Shown here: positions 47,320 through 60,609 of the stretch, piece by piece | Layout: each line of letters begins with the position of its first letter | How positions within the stretch are numbered: the stretch's first letter is position 1 | From: Squalus acanthias | Taxonomy: Eukaryota | Direction: 5' to 3' | DNA length: 64,000 nt | NCBI GenBank assembly: GCA_030390025.1 | Contig: CM059431.1 | Coordinates: forward strand, 149,174,001-149,238,000 | Position numbers and translations under genes: made by a program | Notes under the pieces: model-generated | Told to the model about the DNA's origin: nothing | Databases searched by the model: none | The model's input: the letters and a program-made list of their open reading frames with translations, nothing else

Positions 47320-50300
47320 TTTGATAAAGTACCACATAATATCAAAATGGAAGCCCATTGGATTAAAGGGGCAGTGGCAATATGGCTCGGAAATTGGCTA
47401 AGATACAGAAAGTAGTGGTTGTTTTTCAGACTGGAGGGAAGTATAAAATGGCGCACCCCAGGGGTCATAATTGGGACAACTTCTCTTTTCATGTATATCA
47501 ATGCCATGGACTTGAGTATACAGCACATAATTTCAAAGTTTTCAGATGATAGGAAACTCGGAAATGTTAATTATCAGTGAGAAGGGTAATAACAGACTTC
47601 AAGAGCACATAGACAGATTGGTGAAATGGGCAGTTACATGGCAGAAACAAATTAACACAGAGGAGTGTGAAGTGATACATTTTGGTAGGAAGTAGGAGCA
47701 GAGGCAATATAAACTAAACGGTACAATTTTAAAGTGGGTGCACGATCAGAAGACGTGCGGAGTACTAAAGACATTTTTGATGGTGGCAGGAGAAGTTGCG
47801 ACAGCTGCTAACAAAGCATACGGAGTCCTTGGCTTTACAAACAGAGACACAGAGTAACACAATCCATGATGAAATACTAACATTTTCTAAATGAGTGGTT
47901 AGGTCCCAGCTGGAGCATTGTGTTCAATTCTGGGCACCACAGTTTGGCAAGCATGTCAAGGATTAGAGAAGGTTTGGAGATTTACCAGAATCGTACCAGG
48001 GATCTGGGACTTCAGTTACGTGTAGAGACTGGTGAATCTGGAATTGTTCTTTTTAGAGCAGCGAAGGTTAAGGAAAATAGAATCACAGAATCATAGAAAT
48101 ATGCGGCACAGAAGGAGGCCATTCGGCCCATCGTGTCTGAACCGATTGCAAAAGAGCTATCCAGCCTAAATCCACTTTGCAGCTCTTGGTCCGTAGCCTT
48201 GCAAATTGTGGCACTTCAAGTGCACATCCATGTACTTTTAAATGTGATGAGAGTTTCTGCCTCTACCATCCTTTCAGGCAGTGAGTTCCAGACCCCCACC
48301 ACACACTGGGTAAAACGAATTATCAACTCTCCTCGAATCCTTCTACCAATTACGTTACATCAATGCCGTTGGTTATTGACCTCTCTGTGAAGGGAATAGC
48401 TGCTTCCTATCCACTCTATCTAGGCCGCTCATAATTTTATGCCCCTTACTTAAAACACTCCCTCAACCTCCTGTGGTTTATAGAGAACTAGCATAAACTC
48501 TCTGCTGTTATATTCTATGCCTCGGCTAATAAAATTGCTTATCCTGTATACCTTCTAAACCACCAACCTACCTGTCCTGCTACTTCACGGATCTGTGCAC
48601 AAGCACTTAAAGTCGCTCTGTTCCTCTACATTTCTCCATATCCTACCAATTATTGCGTACTCCCTTGCCATGTCAGCCCCTCCCCCCCACTTCTCCCGAT
48701 TGACTTCCATTTGACACTTTTCTGTCCAAAAAACAGACCATTGATTACTTCCTGTAGTCTACAGCTTTCTTCCTCACTATCAACGACACGGCCAAATTTT
48801 GTATCATCTGCAAACTTTTTAATCATCGAGGTCTAAATCATTGATATATACCACAAACAGCAAGGGACCTGGTACAGAATCCTGCAGAAACCCAATGGAA
48901 ACCGCCTTCTAATCACAAAAACATCCGTTGACCATTACACTTTGCATCCTGCCACTGAGCCAATTTTGGATCCCACTTGCCACTTTCCCTTGGATCCCGT
49001 GGGCTTTAACTTTTTTTAACCATCCTGTCATTTTGGATCTCGTCAAATGCCTTGCTAATATCTATAGGGACTGCAGCTAATGCACTACCCTCATCGATCC
49101 ACATCGTTAACTCCCTATCAAATTCAATCAAGTTACTCAGATACAACCTTATCTTGTCTCTCTTAACAGCCTCGGATACATTTCATCCGGGCCTGGTGAC
49201 TTATCTACTTTCAAAAAAGCAAAACCTCATAATACTTCCTCTCTCTCTATGCTAATCGTATCTAATATTTCACACTCTTCCTCTTTAACTACAATGTCTG
49301 CATTGTCCTTCTTTTCTGTGAAGACAGACGAAATGTATTCCTGAAGAACCATATCCATATCTTCCATCTCCAAACAGAGGTTATCTTATTGATCTCTAAT
49401 CGGCCCTACTCCTTCCTCAGTTATCGTCTTGCACTTTATGTATTTATAAAACATATTTGGCCTTGCCTTGATTTAACTTGTTAATATTTTTTTATACCCT
49501 CTCTTTCCTTTCACTGAGACATGCCTACCGAAAATTCAGGCCTTGGAATAAAATATTTTTTGCTTTCACATATTTAGAAAAGATAGAGAGAGGGGAAAAG
49601 GGGAGGTGGAGTTGCTGTACTTATAGGGATACCATAATGGCAGTAGATAAAAGTGACGCAGGTATCAGCAAGACAGAAATAGAATACATGAGGATAGAGA
49701 TGAAAGCTAATAAATGATCAGACACACTAATGGGATATTCAACAGGCCACCTAATAGTGGAAGAGAGTTGGAGGAAGAAAAATGCAGAAAATTCGGGAAA
49801 TTAGTGACAAAAATAGAATAATTATCATGGGGGCTTTTAAAAAACCCACATACTAATTGGACAAAATAAGCAGGTAAAGGGGATAAGGGAATAGAGTTCC
49901 TACAATGTGTTCAAGTCTCCCTTATAACCCAATATGTAAAAGCCCAACAAGGGAGGGTTCGCTATTGCATCTAGTAATAGGGAATAAACCAAAGCATATA
50001 AGAGCAGTAAAAGTCGGGGAACATCCAGGCAATAGTGACCATAATATAACACGCTTTAAGATAATAATTAAGAAGGGCAAAGGGGTGAGAACGACCAGGG
50101 TAATAGATTGGAGAACAGTCGATATTGAGGAGCTGAGAAAAAAACTTAGGAAATAAAATGGACAACATTCGCAAGCAATGCTGTAGAACAGCAATGGGAA
50201 TCTTTTGAAACAGTGTTCAACAGAGTCCAGGAAATATATATTCTGCTAATAAACAAGAACAAGCTAGACACTGCTGAGACACCGTGTATGAATAAAGCCA

Positions 50301-51660
50301 TAATGTAAAAAAATGAGCAGAAGGAAAGCATCAAACATTCACTACATGGACAGCAGGGGAGAGTACGGTAAGGGAGAATATGAAGGGTTTAGAAGGGAAG
50401 TAAGAAAAAAACAATTAGGAATACAAACATAAACTAGGAAATTAAATTATCAAGGAACAAAAAAAAGTTAAATATTTTACATGCATATCAATAGGTATGT
50501 TTTGATGGGAATAGGGCCACGAAGCGATGGAGAGGATAATAAAACAGGCAGCAATAGAGAGTTGGCAGAGAGTAGGGATAAAGGGAAGCTAATCAGCGTG
50601 GCAGAAGGTGGGTAGTGGTGTTCTACAAGGATCACTGCTGGGACCACTGTTGCTCATCATTTATATTAACGATTTAGATTTTGGAACCAAAAACATAATT
50701 TCAAAATGTGTGGACGGCACGATTTTGGAGGGGATGGCCAACACTGAGGAGGACAGCAACACATTACAAGAAGACCTTCATAATCTTGCAGAATTGACAT
50801 ATAATTCGCAAATGAAATTCAACACAGACAAATGTGAGGTATTAAATTTTGGTAAGACAAATAGGGATGTCACATATTACTTGCAAAATAAGAATCCAAA
50901 ATGGGGCAGAGGTGCAAAGGGATCTAGGCTAAGAAATATACAAATCGCTGAAAAGTATCGACACAGGTTAAAAAGGCCATACAAAAAGCAATCCAAGCAC
51001 TATGGTTTATTACTAGAGGGATAGAATTGAAGAGGAGTGAAGTTATGCCAAACTTTGCATCGAACATTGGTGTGGACTTGGTTAGATCACACTTGGATTA
51101 CTATGTGACGTTCTGCTCGCCATATTATGAAAAGAAGGATATGAAGGCACTGGAGAGGGTGTAGAGAAGATTTACAAAAATGATACCCCAAATGCGAGGG
51201 TACACCTATCATGAAAGGATGAACAGACTGGATATCTTTTCACTTGAAAACAAAAGGCTGAGGGGTGACCTAATAGAGGTCTTTAAATCATGAAATATTT
51301 TGACAGAATAAATGCAGAGACAGTGTTTCCACTTTTGGGAAGAGGAAAACTAGAGCTCATCAATATAAGATAGTCACCAAGAAATCAAATAGGGAATTCA
51401 GAATAAACCTCTTTAACTAGAGAGTGGTGAGAATGTGGAACACGCTACCACAGGGACTGGCTGAAGAGAATAGTATGGATGCATTTTAGGGGCGGTTAGA
51501 TACGCTAAAAAGTGAGAAGGGAATAGAGGGTGATGCTGATAGAATTAGATGAGGAAAGACGGGTGGAGGCTCGAGTTGAGCATAAATACCAGTCTAGACT
51601 GATTGGGTCAAATGGCCTGGTTATGTGCCGAATATCCTATATAATCCTATGTAATCCTAT
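47320..51660. mobile_element. Cluster of old CR1 fragments (+ 47320-48075; - 48080-49480; + 49560-51660)
   Basis: Decayed RT and endonuclease motifs (GNSDHN, GVLQGSLLGPLL) and CR1 3' tails. Confidence 0.8.
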
Positions 51661-51791
51661 GAATCTCTTGCAATTACTTTACTTCTCTAGGCTTTCTGTA
51701 GTAGTGGGCTCTCAGCATTAGACAAAAGCTTCATTTATTTCCCTTCTTCTTCCCCGTATGTGGGCCCTAAATTTGAGAGTCCTATCCTTTT

Positions 51792-52230
51792 TGTCAGCTG
51801 TGGCTCGGTTGGTTGCACACTCGCCTCTGAGTCAGAAGGTTTGGGTTCAAGTCCTATTCCAGGAACCTGAGCATATAAAAAAATGCTGACTCTCCAGTGC
51901 AGTGCTGAGGGAGTGCTGCACTGTCGGAGGTAACGTCTTTCGGATGAGACGTTAAACGGAGGCCCAGTCTGCGCCATCAGGTGGATGTAAAAATGGCAAT
52001 GGCACTATTTCGATGAAGAGCAGGTGAGCTGTACTGGCAAATATTTATCCCTGAATCAACATAACAAATCAGATTATCTAGTCATTAACACATTGCTATT
52101 TGTGCGAGCTTGCTGTGTGCAAATTTGCAGCCGCGTTTCCTACAATACAGCAGTTACTGCAATTCAATTGGATGTAAGCGCTTTGAGACGTCCGGTGGTC
52201 GTGAAAGGCGCTATATAAATGCAAGTCTTT
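51792..52230 (+). mobile_element. tRNA-derived SINE (SacSINE1/Deu-SINE-like), near full length
   Basis: A box TGGCTCGGTTGG, B box GGTTCAAGTCC, body containing GAGGGAGTGCTGCACTGTCGGAGG, tail TATAAATGCAAGTCTTTC. Confidence 0.85.
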
Positions 52231-53480
52231 CATTACTTTTTTTCTTTGTGGGAACATATTTGCTCTGAACTCTCACTATCTCCTCCTTGAATGCCCCCCA
52301 TTGCTCTGACACTGATTTACCTTCAAGTAGCTGTTTCCAGTTCACGTTTGCTAAATCGCAGCTCAGCTTAGTAAAATTGTCCTTTCCCCTGTTGAAAACT
52401 TTTACACCTGGTCTATCTTTGTCCTTTTTCATAAGGGGAGATTTATTATAGATATTAAAAATGTTGATTGGATTTCATAGTGCGCATAAGTCGAATTGTT
52501 TTCCAGTGGCAGAAAGGTGGTTAACCAGAGTACACAGAATTAAGTTAATAGGCAAAAGACCCAGAGGACAGATGAGGAGAACTTACTTTTTGCGGTGAGT
52601 TGCTGTGATCTGGAATGCACTGCCTGAGAACGTGATGGAAGTAGATTCAGTGGTAACTATCGAAAGGGAATGGGATAATTAGTTGAATGGAAAGTTTTTT
52701 ACCGGGCTCTGGCTAAAGAGTAGGAATAATGAGACAGCACTTTGCTAGAGATGGCACTGACACGATGGGCCGAATGTCCTCCTTCTGTGCTGTACCATTC
52801 TATGACACTATGAGCAAGAGACAGAGAGAGAGATTAGGGAGAGTGAGAGACGGAGACAAAGAAAAATAGAGACAGAAAGTCTGGGAGAGGTACAGCAGGG
52901 AAGAAATTACATTAAAAGGGGTATTGGATAAATACTTAAAGGGTAACAATTTGCAGTACAATGGAAAAAGAACAGGGAAATGGGACTAATTGGAGGGGTG
53001 AGGCCATGGTGGGATTTGATCTTAAGTATGAGAAAATTACGACCGAGGCCTTTCCTGATCGGGAGCAAATGGTGATCAGTGAGCAAAGGAATGATAGGTG
53101 AACGGGACATGATGCGTCTTAGGATGTGGGCAGCAGAGTTTTGGATGAGCTCTAGTTTATGGAGGCTTGTAACTGGGAGGCCAGCCAGAAGAGTATTGGA
53201 ATAGTCGAGTGAGGTTTAACAAAGGCACTGGCGAGGGTTTATGCAGCGGAAAGGCTGAGGAGGTGCGGAGACGGTCGTTATTACGGAGGTGATAGTCGGC
53301 AGGACTGATGGCTCAGAGGATATGAGATCGGAACTCAGCACAGGCTCAAAGAGAACGCCGTATTTGCTATCAATCTGGTTCATCCTCAGACGTTGGTCAG
53401 GGAAGGGGACTGAATTGGTAATAAAAAAATGGAGTTTTTTGACGAGGACCGACGACAATGTCTTTGGACTTCCCAAGATT
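52230..53480. mobile_element. Mixed old LINE fragments (CR1 -, CR1 3' end +, L2-like -)
   Basis: WKQLLEGKSVSEQW peptide; CR1 tail near 52800; L2-like RT 3' sequence at about 53040-53480. Confidence 0.6.
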
Positions 53481-53748
53481 TAAATGATAAACACAATAAT
53501 ACAGTGAGACGTGGTGTACAGATCTAATTGCTGGATGTAGAGACTTAACAGGAAGACCAACAGCAGCACAGATGAGAGAGTAACTTCCGAGTATAGTCAT
53601 ACTTTATGCAAAGGTTTACAGATTTAATAGCTGGATACAGAGACTTACCAGGAACAACAACCGCAACAAGGAGGGGAATGTAAAAGGCAAGAACTGTAGT
53701 GCAGTTAATCACGTTATATATAATTGATAGTTGGATAGATTGACTTAC

Positions 53749-53971
53749 CAGCAACACCAACAGCAGCAAGGATGGGATAGTAAATGCATTGCATAATCAG
53801 AAGTGCGTAATAGATCTTATTTGCTAATGATAGATAATCACACAATTCAGAAAAAAAATAAAACGCCAAGGAGACACCCTTGCCCATTGATTTAACATTC
53901 CAATCTACTGATCTCAGATTCTGATACATTGTTGTAACATTCCAATCTATTGTTCTCAGATTCTGATCCAT
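53749..53971 (-). CDS. GPR139-like GPCR exon 1 (second copy), open; partner exon 2 not found nearby
   Basis: MDQNLRTIDWNVTTMYQNLRSVDWNVKSM...KIYYALLIMQCIYYPILAAVGVA G|GTAAGT; phase-1 donor; about three 42-bp N-terminal repeats. Confidence 0.75.
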
Positions 53972-54821
53972 TGCTGCAACATTCCAATCTACTGTTCTCA
54001 GATTCCGACTCACTTTCTGATGAGCAGCGCACTGATCACTGTTATTGCGGGAGGGGATGCTTTCACTGACACTATGGGATAACACACTGAAAGGAGTCCC
54101 TTATTAATAAAAGAGGGAAACCCTGCAATGATGCAATTAGGGTCCATGGAGAATGATATTAATTACAGTCACTGAACAAACTGCTTCGGATAAACCGTGG
54201 AGACTGACATTAATTACAGTCACTGAACAAACAGCTTCAGTTAACCCATTTCAATCCAGCACGTTTTGTACCACAGTAAAGTAGAACATTTCCGTGGTCC
54301 GGCTGAGATGTATGAGGATTGCTGAGGGAAGTAAAGGTGGAAACAGTGCAGGATCTACACAGAATCTTTCAATCCTCCTTTGATATGCGAGTGGAATCAA
54401 AGGATTTTTGGTTTGCCAATGTTACAACCTGCTTAACAAAGAAGGGAGGGATAAACCCTTTAACTACGGGCCAGTCAGGCTAACGTAGGCGGTGGGGAAA
54501 TTTCTAGAGGCCATATACACGGAGAAAATTATCTGTCACTTGGAAAGAAACATGTATTAATAAATGACAACCAGCACGGATATGTTAACGACAAAGTGTG
54601 TCTGACGATCTTGATTGAGTTCTTTGATGAAATAACGGAGAGTGTTGATGAGCCTAATGTGGTTGAAGTTTTTACATGACTTTGAAAATGCATTTGATAA
54701 AGTGTCTTTGAATAAACTTATTCGGAACAAAGGGGCAGTGGCAGTGTGAATCTGACATTGGTTACTGGACAGAACACAGAGAGTAGTGGTGACTGGTTGT
54801 TGTTCAGAGTGGAGTGAAGTA

Positions 54822-55790
54822 TACATAGAACATAGAACATAGAACAGTACAGCACAGTACAGGCCCTTGGGCCCTCGATGTTGTGCCGAGCATTGTCCGA
54901 GACCAAGATCAAGCTATCACACTCCCTATCACTCTGGTGTGCTCCATGTGCTTATCCAATAACCGCTTGAAAGTTCCTAAAGTGTCCGACTCCACTATCA
55001 CAGCAGGCAGTCCATTCCACAACCCAACCACTCTCTGAGTAAAGAATCTACCTCGGACATCCCTTCTATATCTCCCCCCATGCACCTTATAGTTATGCCC
55101 CCTTGTAACAGCTGCCTCTACCCGAGGAAATAGTCTCTGAACATCCACTCTATCTATCCCCCTCATCATCTTATAAACCTCTATTAAGTCGCCTCTCATC
55201 CTCCTCCGCTCTAAAGAGAAAAGCCCCAACTCCCTCAATCTTTCCTCATAAGACCTCCCCCCCAAACCAGGCAGCATCCTGGTAAATCTCCTTTGCACTC
55301 TTTCCAATGCTTCCACGTCCTTCCTATAGTGAGGTGACCAGAACTGCACACAATATTCCAAATGTGGTCTCACCAAGGTCCTGTACAGTTGCAGCATAAC
55401 CTCACGGTTCTTAAACTCAAAACCTCTGTTAATAAACGCCAACACACCATAGGCCTTCTTTACTGCTCTATCCACTTGAGTGGCAACCTTCAGAGATCTG
55501 TGGATATGAACACCCAGATCCCTCTGCTCCTCCACGTTCCTCAGAACCCTGCCGTTGACCCTGTAATCCTTATTCAAATTTGCCCTACCAAAATGAATCA
55601 CCTCGCACTTATCAGGGTTAAATTCCATCTGCCATTTTTCGGCCCAGCTCTGCATCCTATCAATGTCTCTTTGCAGCCTATAACAGCCCTCCACCTCATC
55701 CACTGCTCCACCAATCTTGGTGTCATCAGCAAATTTACTGATCCACCCTTCAGTCCCCTCCTCCAAGTCATTGATAAAAATCACAAACAG
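54822..55790 (-). mobile_element. Young 5'-truncated CR1 with uninterrupted RT C-terminal frame
   Basis: Open ORF 54909-55790 (SKFADDTK...LVRPHLEYCVQFW...FFTQRVV); (TTCTATG)n tail at 54822-54846; sits inside an older + strand CR1 (about 54280-54820 and 55880-56005). Confidence 0.95.
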
Positions 55791-56009
55791 TGGTGTCCCC
55801 CACGTGTCGCTATTCGGACCACTGATCATTTAGATAAATATTAAACATGTTGTTTTATATATATATATATATACATGTAACCGGCATAATTTGAAAGTTT
55901 GCAGATGACACACAACTGGGAAATGTAGTAAACACAGATTGGGAATGAGTAGGCTTCAGGAGGACATAGACAAACTGGTGAAATGAGCGAAGTGACGACA
56001 GATGTCGTC

Positions 56010-57320
56010 GACAGTGTTATTAAGTGTTACCTACTCACCAATAACCTACTCACAGAAGCTCAGTTTGGGTTCAGCCAGAACCACTCGGCTCCAGATTTCA
56101 ATACACCCTTTGTCGAAACATGGACAATGAGCTGGATTCCAGTGCTGAGGTGAGAGTGACTGCCCTCGACATCTAGGCAGTATTTGACCTAGTGTGGCAT
56201 CAAGGAGCACTCGTAAAATTGAAGTCATTGGGAATAAGGGGAAAAACTCCCCATTGGCTGGAGTCATACCTAGCACAAAGGAAGATGGCTCTGGTTGTTG
56301 GAAGCCAATAATCTCAGCCCCAGGACATCGCTGCAGGAGTTGCTCAGGGCAGTGTCCTAGGCTCAACCATCTTTAGCTGCTTCATCAGTGATCATTCCTC
56401 CAGCATAAGGTCAGAAATGGGGATGTTCGCTTACGATTGCAATGTTCACTTCCATTCGCAACTCCTCAGATAATGAATCGTCCGTGCGGCAAGCAGCAAG
56501 ACCTGGACGACTTTCAGGCTTGGGCTGATAAGTGGCAAGTAGCACTCGCACCACACAAGTGCCAGACAATGACGATATTGAACAAGTTTCACCTCCCCGT
56601 GACATTCAATGGCATTACCATCGGCAAATCCCTCACCATCAATATCCTGAGGGTCACCATTCACCAGGAACTTAACTGGACCGGGACCAGCCACATAAAA
56701 TATTTGGCCAGAAGTGCAGGTCTGATCCTGGGTATTCTTCGGCGATTGTCTCACCACCTGACACCCCAAAGCCTTTCCACCATCTACAAGGCACAAGTCA
56801 GGAGTGTGATGGAATAATCTCCATTGACTGGATGCGAGCAGGTCCAACAACACTCAATATGCTCGACATCATCCAGGACAAAGCAGCCCGCTTGATTGGC
56901 ACCACAACCACCACCTTAAACATTAACTCCCTCAACCGCCGGCGCACCATGGCTGCAGTGTGTATCATCTACAAGATGCACTGCAGCAACTCGACAAGGT
57001 TTCTTCGACAGCACCTTCCAAACCCGCGAACTTTACCACCTAGAAGGACAAGGGTAGCAGGGGCATGCAAACATCACCACCTCCAAGTTCCCTTCGAAGT
57101 CACACACCTTCCTGGTTTGGAAATATATCGCCGTTCCTTCATCGTCGCTGTGTCAAAATCTTGCATTCTCTCCGTAACAGCCCTGTGGGAGAAAAGTCGC
57201 CTTACGGTTTGCAGCTCTTCAAGAAGGCAGCTTATCGCCACCTTCTAAAGGGCAATTAGAGATGGGCAATAATTGCTGTACGTGCCAGCCATGGCCACTT
57301 CCCATGAATTAATAAAAATG
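56010..57320 (+). mobile_element. LINE RT 3' portion (6218 family)
   Basis: QQDLDDFQAWADKWQV, IYKAQVRSVME; AATAAAAA tail. Confidence 0.88.
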
Positions 57321-57327
57321 AAAAAGA

Positions 57328-58640
57328 GACAGATATAAGTTAATGCAGAGAGGGGTGAATGATAACTCTGGGAGGAAAATGAGGAGAGGCAATATAAACT
57401 AAACTGTACAATTTTAAAGGGAATGCAGGAAAAGAGCCACCTGGGAGTTTACCTACACAAGCCTTTGAAGATGGCAGGACAAGTTGACAAGATTGTTAAA
57501 CAAACACAAGCGATTATTCGCTTTATAAATCGAGGCAGAGAACAAGAGCAAGGAAGATATGATGAAGATTTATAAATCGCTGGTTAGGCCCCGGCTTGAG
57601 TATTGTGTCTCATTCTTGGCAGGACACTTGCGGAAAGATGTCAAGGTCTTGGATTTTGCACAGAGGAGATTTACTACAATGGTATCAAGGAAGAAGGACT
57701 TAATTTATGAGCAAAGACAAGAGAAGCTGGAATTGTTGTCCAGAGAGCACGCAGCATAAAAGGGAGAGATACTGAAGATGTTCAAAATTTTGACGGGTGT
57801 GATAGAGCAAATCAGGAGGAATATATTTCTACTGGCTGAAGGGTCGGTAACCAGAAGACACATATATAAGATAATTGGAGAAAGAATCAAAGGGATGATG
57901 AGGAGAATTTGATCTACGCAGCGAGTTGCTCTGATCGGGAATGCACTTCTTAAAAGGTGATATAAGCAGATTCAATGATAACTTTCAAAAGGGAACGGGA
58001 TCAATACTGGAAGTGAGGGAATTGCAGGACCATGGGAGAAGAAAAGGGGAGGGGCATTAATTGAATAGCTCTTTCAAAGAGCCGGCACAGGCTCGATGCA
58101 CTGAATGGCCTCCTTCTGAGCTGTTTGTTTCTGTGATTCTATGATAACAGAAGCCATTGAGTCCTTGTCTTATGTGTAGAATCGGCGTCCTGCAGTTTTT
58201 GAGCCGGATTCTAATCGTTTCTTGCCCTCTGATAAAGTCGACAGTGGAAAAGCATACACAATGTGCTGGCGAGACAAGAAGTGCTATCAAATTTATCATA
58301 GAGTTTAAAAAAACAGAAATTATGACATAATTACGAGACCAAAAATAAGGGCCATGAATATAAGATAGTCACCAATAAATTCAATAAGGAATTCAGGAGA
58401 AACCTCTTTACCCAGAGAGAGGTGAGAATGTGGAACTCACTACCACAGAGAGTGGTTCTGGTGAATGGCATTGATCCATTTAAGGGGAAGCGTGATTAGC
58501 ACATGAAGTAGAAAGTAATAGAAGGTAATCCTGTTAGTGTAGGATAAAGAGGGTTGGGAGGAGTTTCGTGTGGAGCATAAACACTGGCATGGAGCTGTTG
58601 GGCTGAATGGCCTGTTTCTGTGCTGTACATTCTATGTAAT
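57328..58640 (+). mobile_element. Old CR1 3' fragments (57328-58145 and 58340-58640)
   Basis: YKSLVRPRLEYCV; CR1 tails. Confidence 0.8.
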
Positions 58641-59089
58641 TTGTTTAGCGGAGCATGACACCCCGCTCTGATCACAGGCCTTGCCTGGTTTCAATCAATG
58701 AATTAAAAATCATTGATTATATTCCAATTACATTATTTATGTCTATTTCTTCTCAGGATATCTTGTCAAGACCTAACCAAGACATGGATGCGGTTTGAGC
58801 AGAAGATGAGCTCAGGCAGGGGCGGAGACGGCCGATGTAATGGAAGCGGGAATCACGATGGAGACTGACAGTGACGCCTCCCACTGTTCAATAGCAACAC
58901 TCAGCACTGACCAGTGAAGGAACTGCCCGGGGAACGCAGACCCCAGCGAGAGAAAGAACCTTACAGGGTGAACAGGAGTGGTTTTGTAATAATAGGACTG
59001 ACCAATACAAACACTGTCTCAGATTAATGCTAAGCAATGTGAAGCGTGGGAAATGACAATCATCTATGTTTAAACTGCTCCACCGGCGG

Positions 59090-59500
59090 ATAAAGCACGG
59101 AGTTACATAAAGAGTAAAGCTCAATCTACACTGTCCAATCAAACACTCCCAGGGCATGAACAGCACTGGGTAGTTAAAAAGTCAAACACCATCTACACTG
59201 CTTTTTAAATACTCCCAGGGAAAATTTAGCAAGGATTGGAAATAGAGTAAAACTCTATCTACACTGTCCTATCAAACACTCCCAGGGCAGGTACAGAACG
59301 TGTTAGATAGAGAGTAAAGCTCCCTCTACACTGTCCCATCAAACACTCCCAGGGCAGGAACAGCACGGATTAGATACAGAGTGAAGCTCCCTCTACACTG
59401 TCCCATCAAACACTCCCAGGGCAAGTACAGCATGGGTTAGATACAGAGTAAAGCTCCCCCGACACTGTCCCATCAAACATTCCCAGGGCAGGTACAGCAC
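59090..59500. repeat. 67-bp satellite (reverse orientation)
   Basis: CCCAGGGCAG recurs at 59281 and 59348. Confidence 0.92.
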
Positions 59501-59686
59501 AGTCCGGAGAGGGAGCCTGGGACATTTCCCAATGATCACAACCTCCTCACACTCTCCGTGATGCCCCTGCCTGGGATGCTGGGCTCCAGTCACTCTGTCG
59601 GATATCAATTCCTCCTTCTGTCGCTCCAGTGTATTTAAATTAATCCACTTTCTTCCTGGAACAACTCTACTGACATTCCAAATAAT

Positions 59687-60448
59687 GGCCCGAAAATTAG
59701 ACCTAATACGGGAGATTACACAATGTGTACTCTCTCCTATTAGGTCCCGAAGTGCCGGTATCCTGCATGCACTGCGCATGCGCGGGAAACCGGCACATCG
59801 CGTATTGCGAAGGGGGCGGTTCCTAAGTGAACCGCCTGCGCGCTGTGGTTGTGCGCAGGAAGGGCACTTAGTTTTTTTTTCAGGTTTGCACGCGCAGGGA
59901 TGTGTTGAAGCTTTTACACATAAAGAAAGCAGGCGTAAGACCCTCTTTTAACAAGGTAAGTAGTTAATTAAGTATTATTTTAATTTTTTTTCAACAGGTT
60001 TATCTTTTTTAGCGTCTTTTAAGAAAGGTAAGTTTATTTTTATAACTTTTAAAAAGAATTTAAATTTTTTCAAAAATTTAAATTTTTGTTTAAAGTGGTT
60101 AATTTATTTAACTATAGTTATTTTATTAAAGTGATGTCTTTTTTTAATTTAATTGAGGTTTCGCTGTTCTTTTGGTGGCATGTTGTATTCATAGTTTTGA
60201 CAGCTCTTGCTGTCAAAACTATGAATGAAAGATGGTGTGCTGCCATTGGCTCTAACTGGCCCACGTGATCCCAGAGGTAGCATCGAAATAACTGCGCCTC
60301 TGGGACACGCACACACTGCAAGCCGGCACCAGGGAGAGGCCCAGGAACTGAAGTTCGTGTGGGCCAAAACCATAAACGTAGGCGCGAAGTGCGATATCGC
60401 GGGGGATCCTTACCCCCGCAGCAACCATCGAACTCTAATTTCTGGGCC
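59687..60448. mobile_element. 762-bp MITE, Harbinger-type, second family
   Basis: TIRs GGCCCGAAAATTAGA / TCTAATTTCTGGGCC; 3-bp TSD AAT (59684-59686, 60449-60451). Confidence 0.85.
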
Positions 60449-60609
60449 AATGGCTTTGGTTTTGTTGGCAACAGCTCAGCTCTTTGTCATTATTGGAGAT
60501 AAATGATCTGGCATCACACCCAGTAATAAAGCACATTCTGTCAAAGGATCATCAACAGCGCAATGGGCCCACAACACACTGAATTTCACAGGACCAAGAG
60601 AGAAACACA

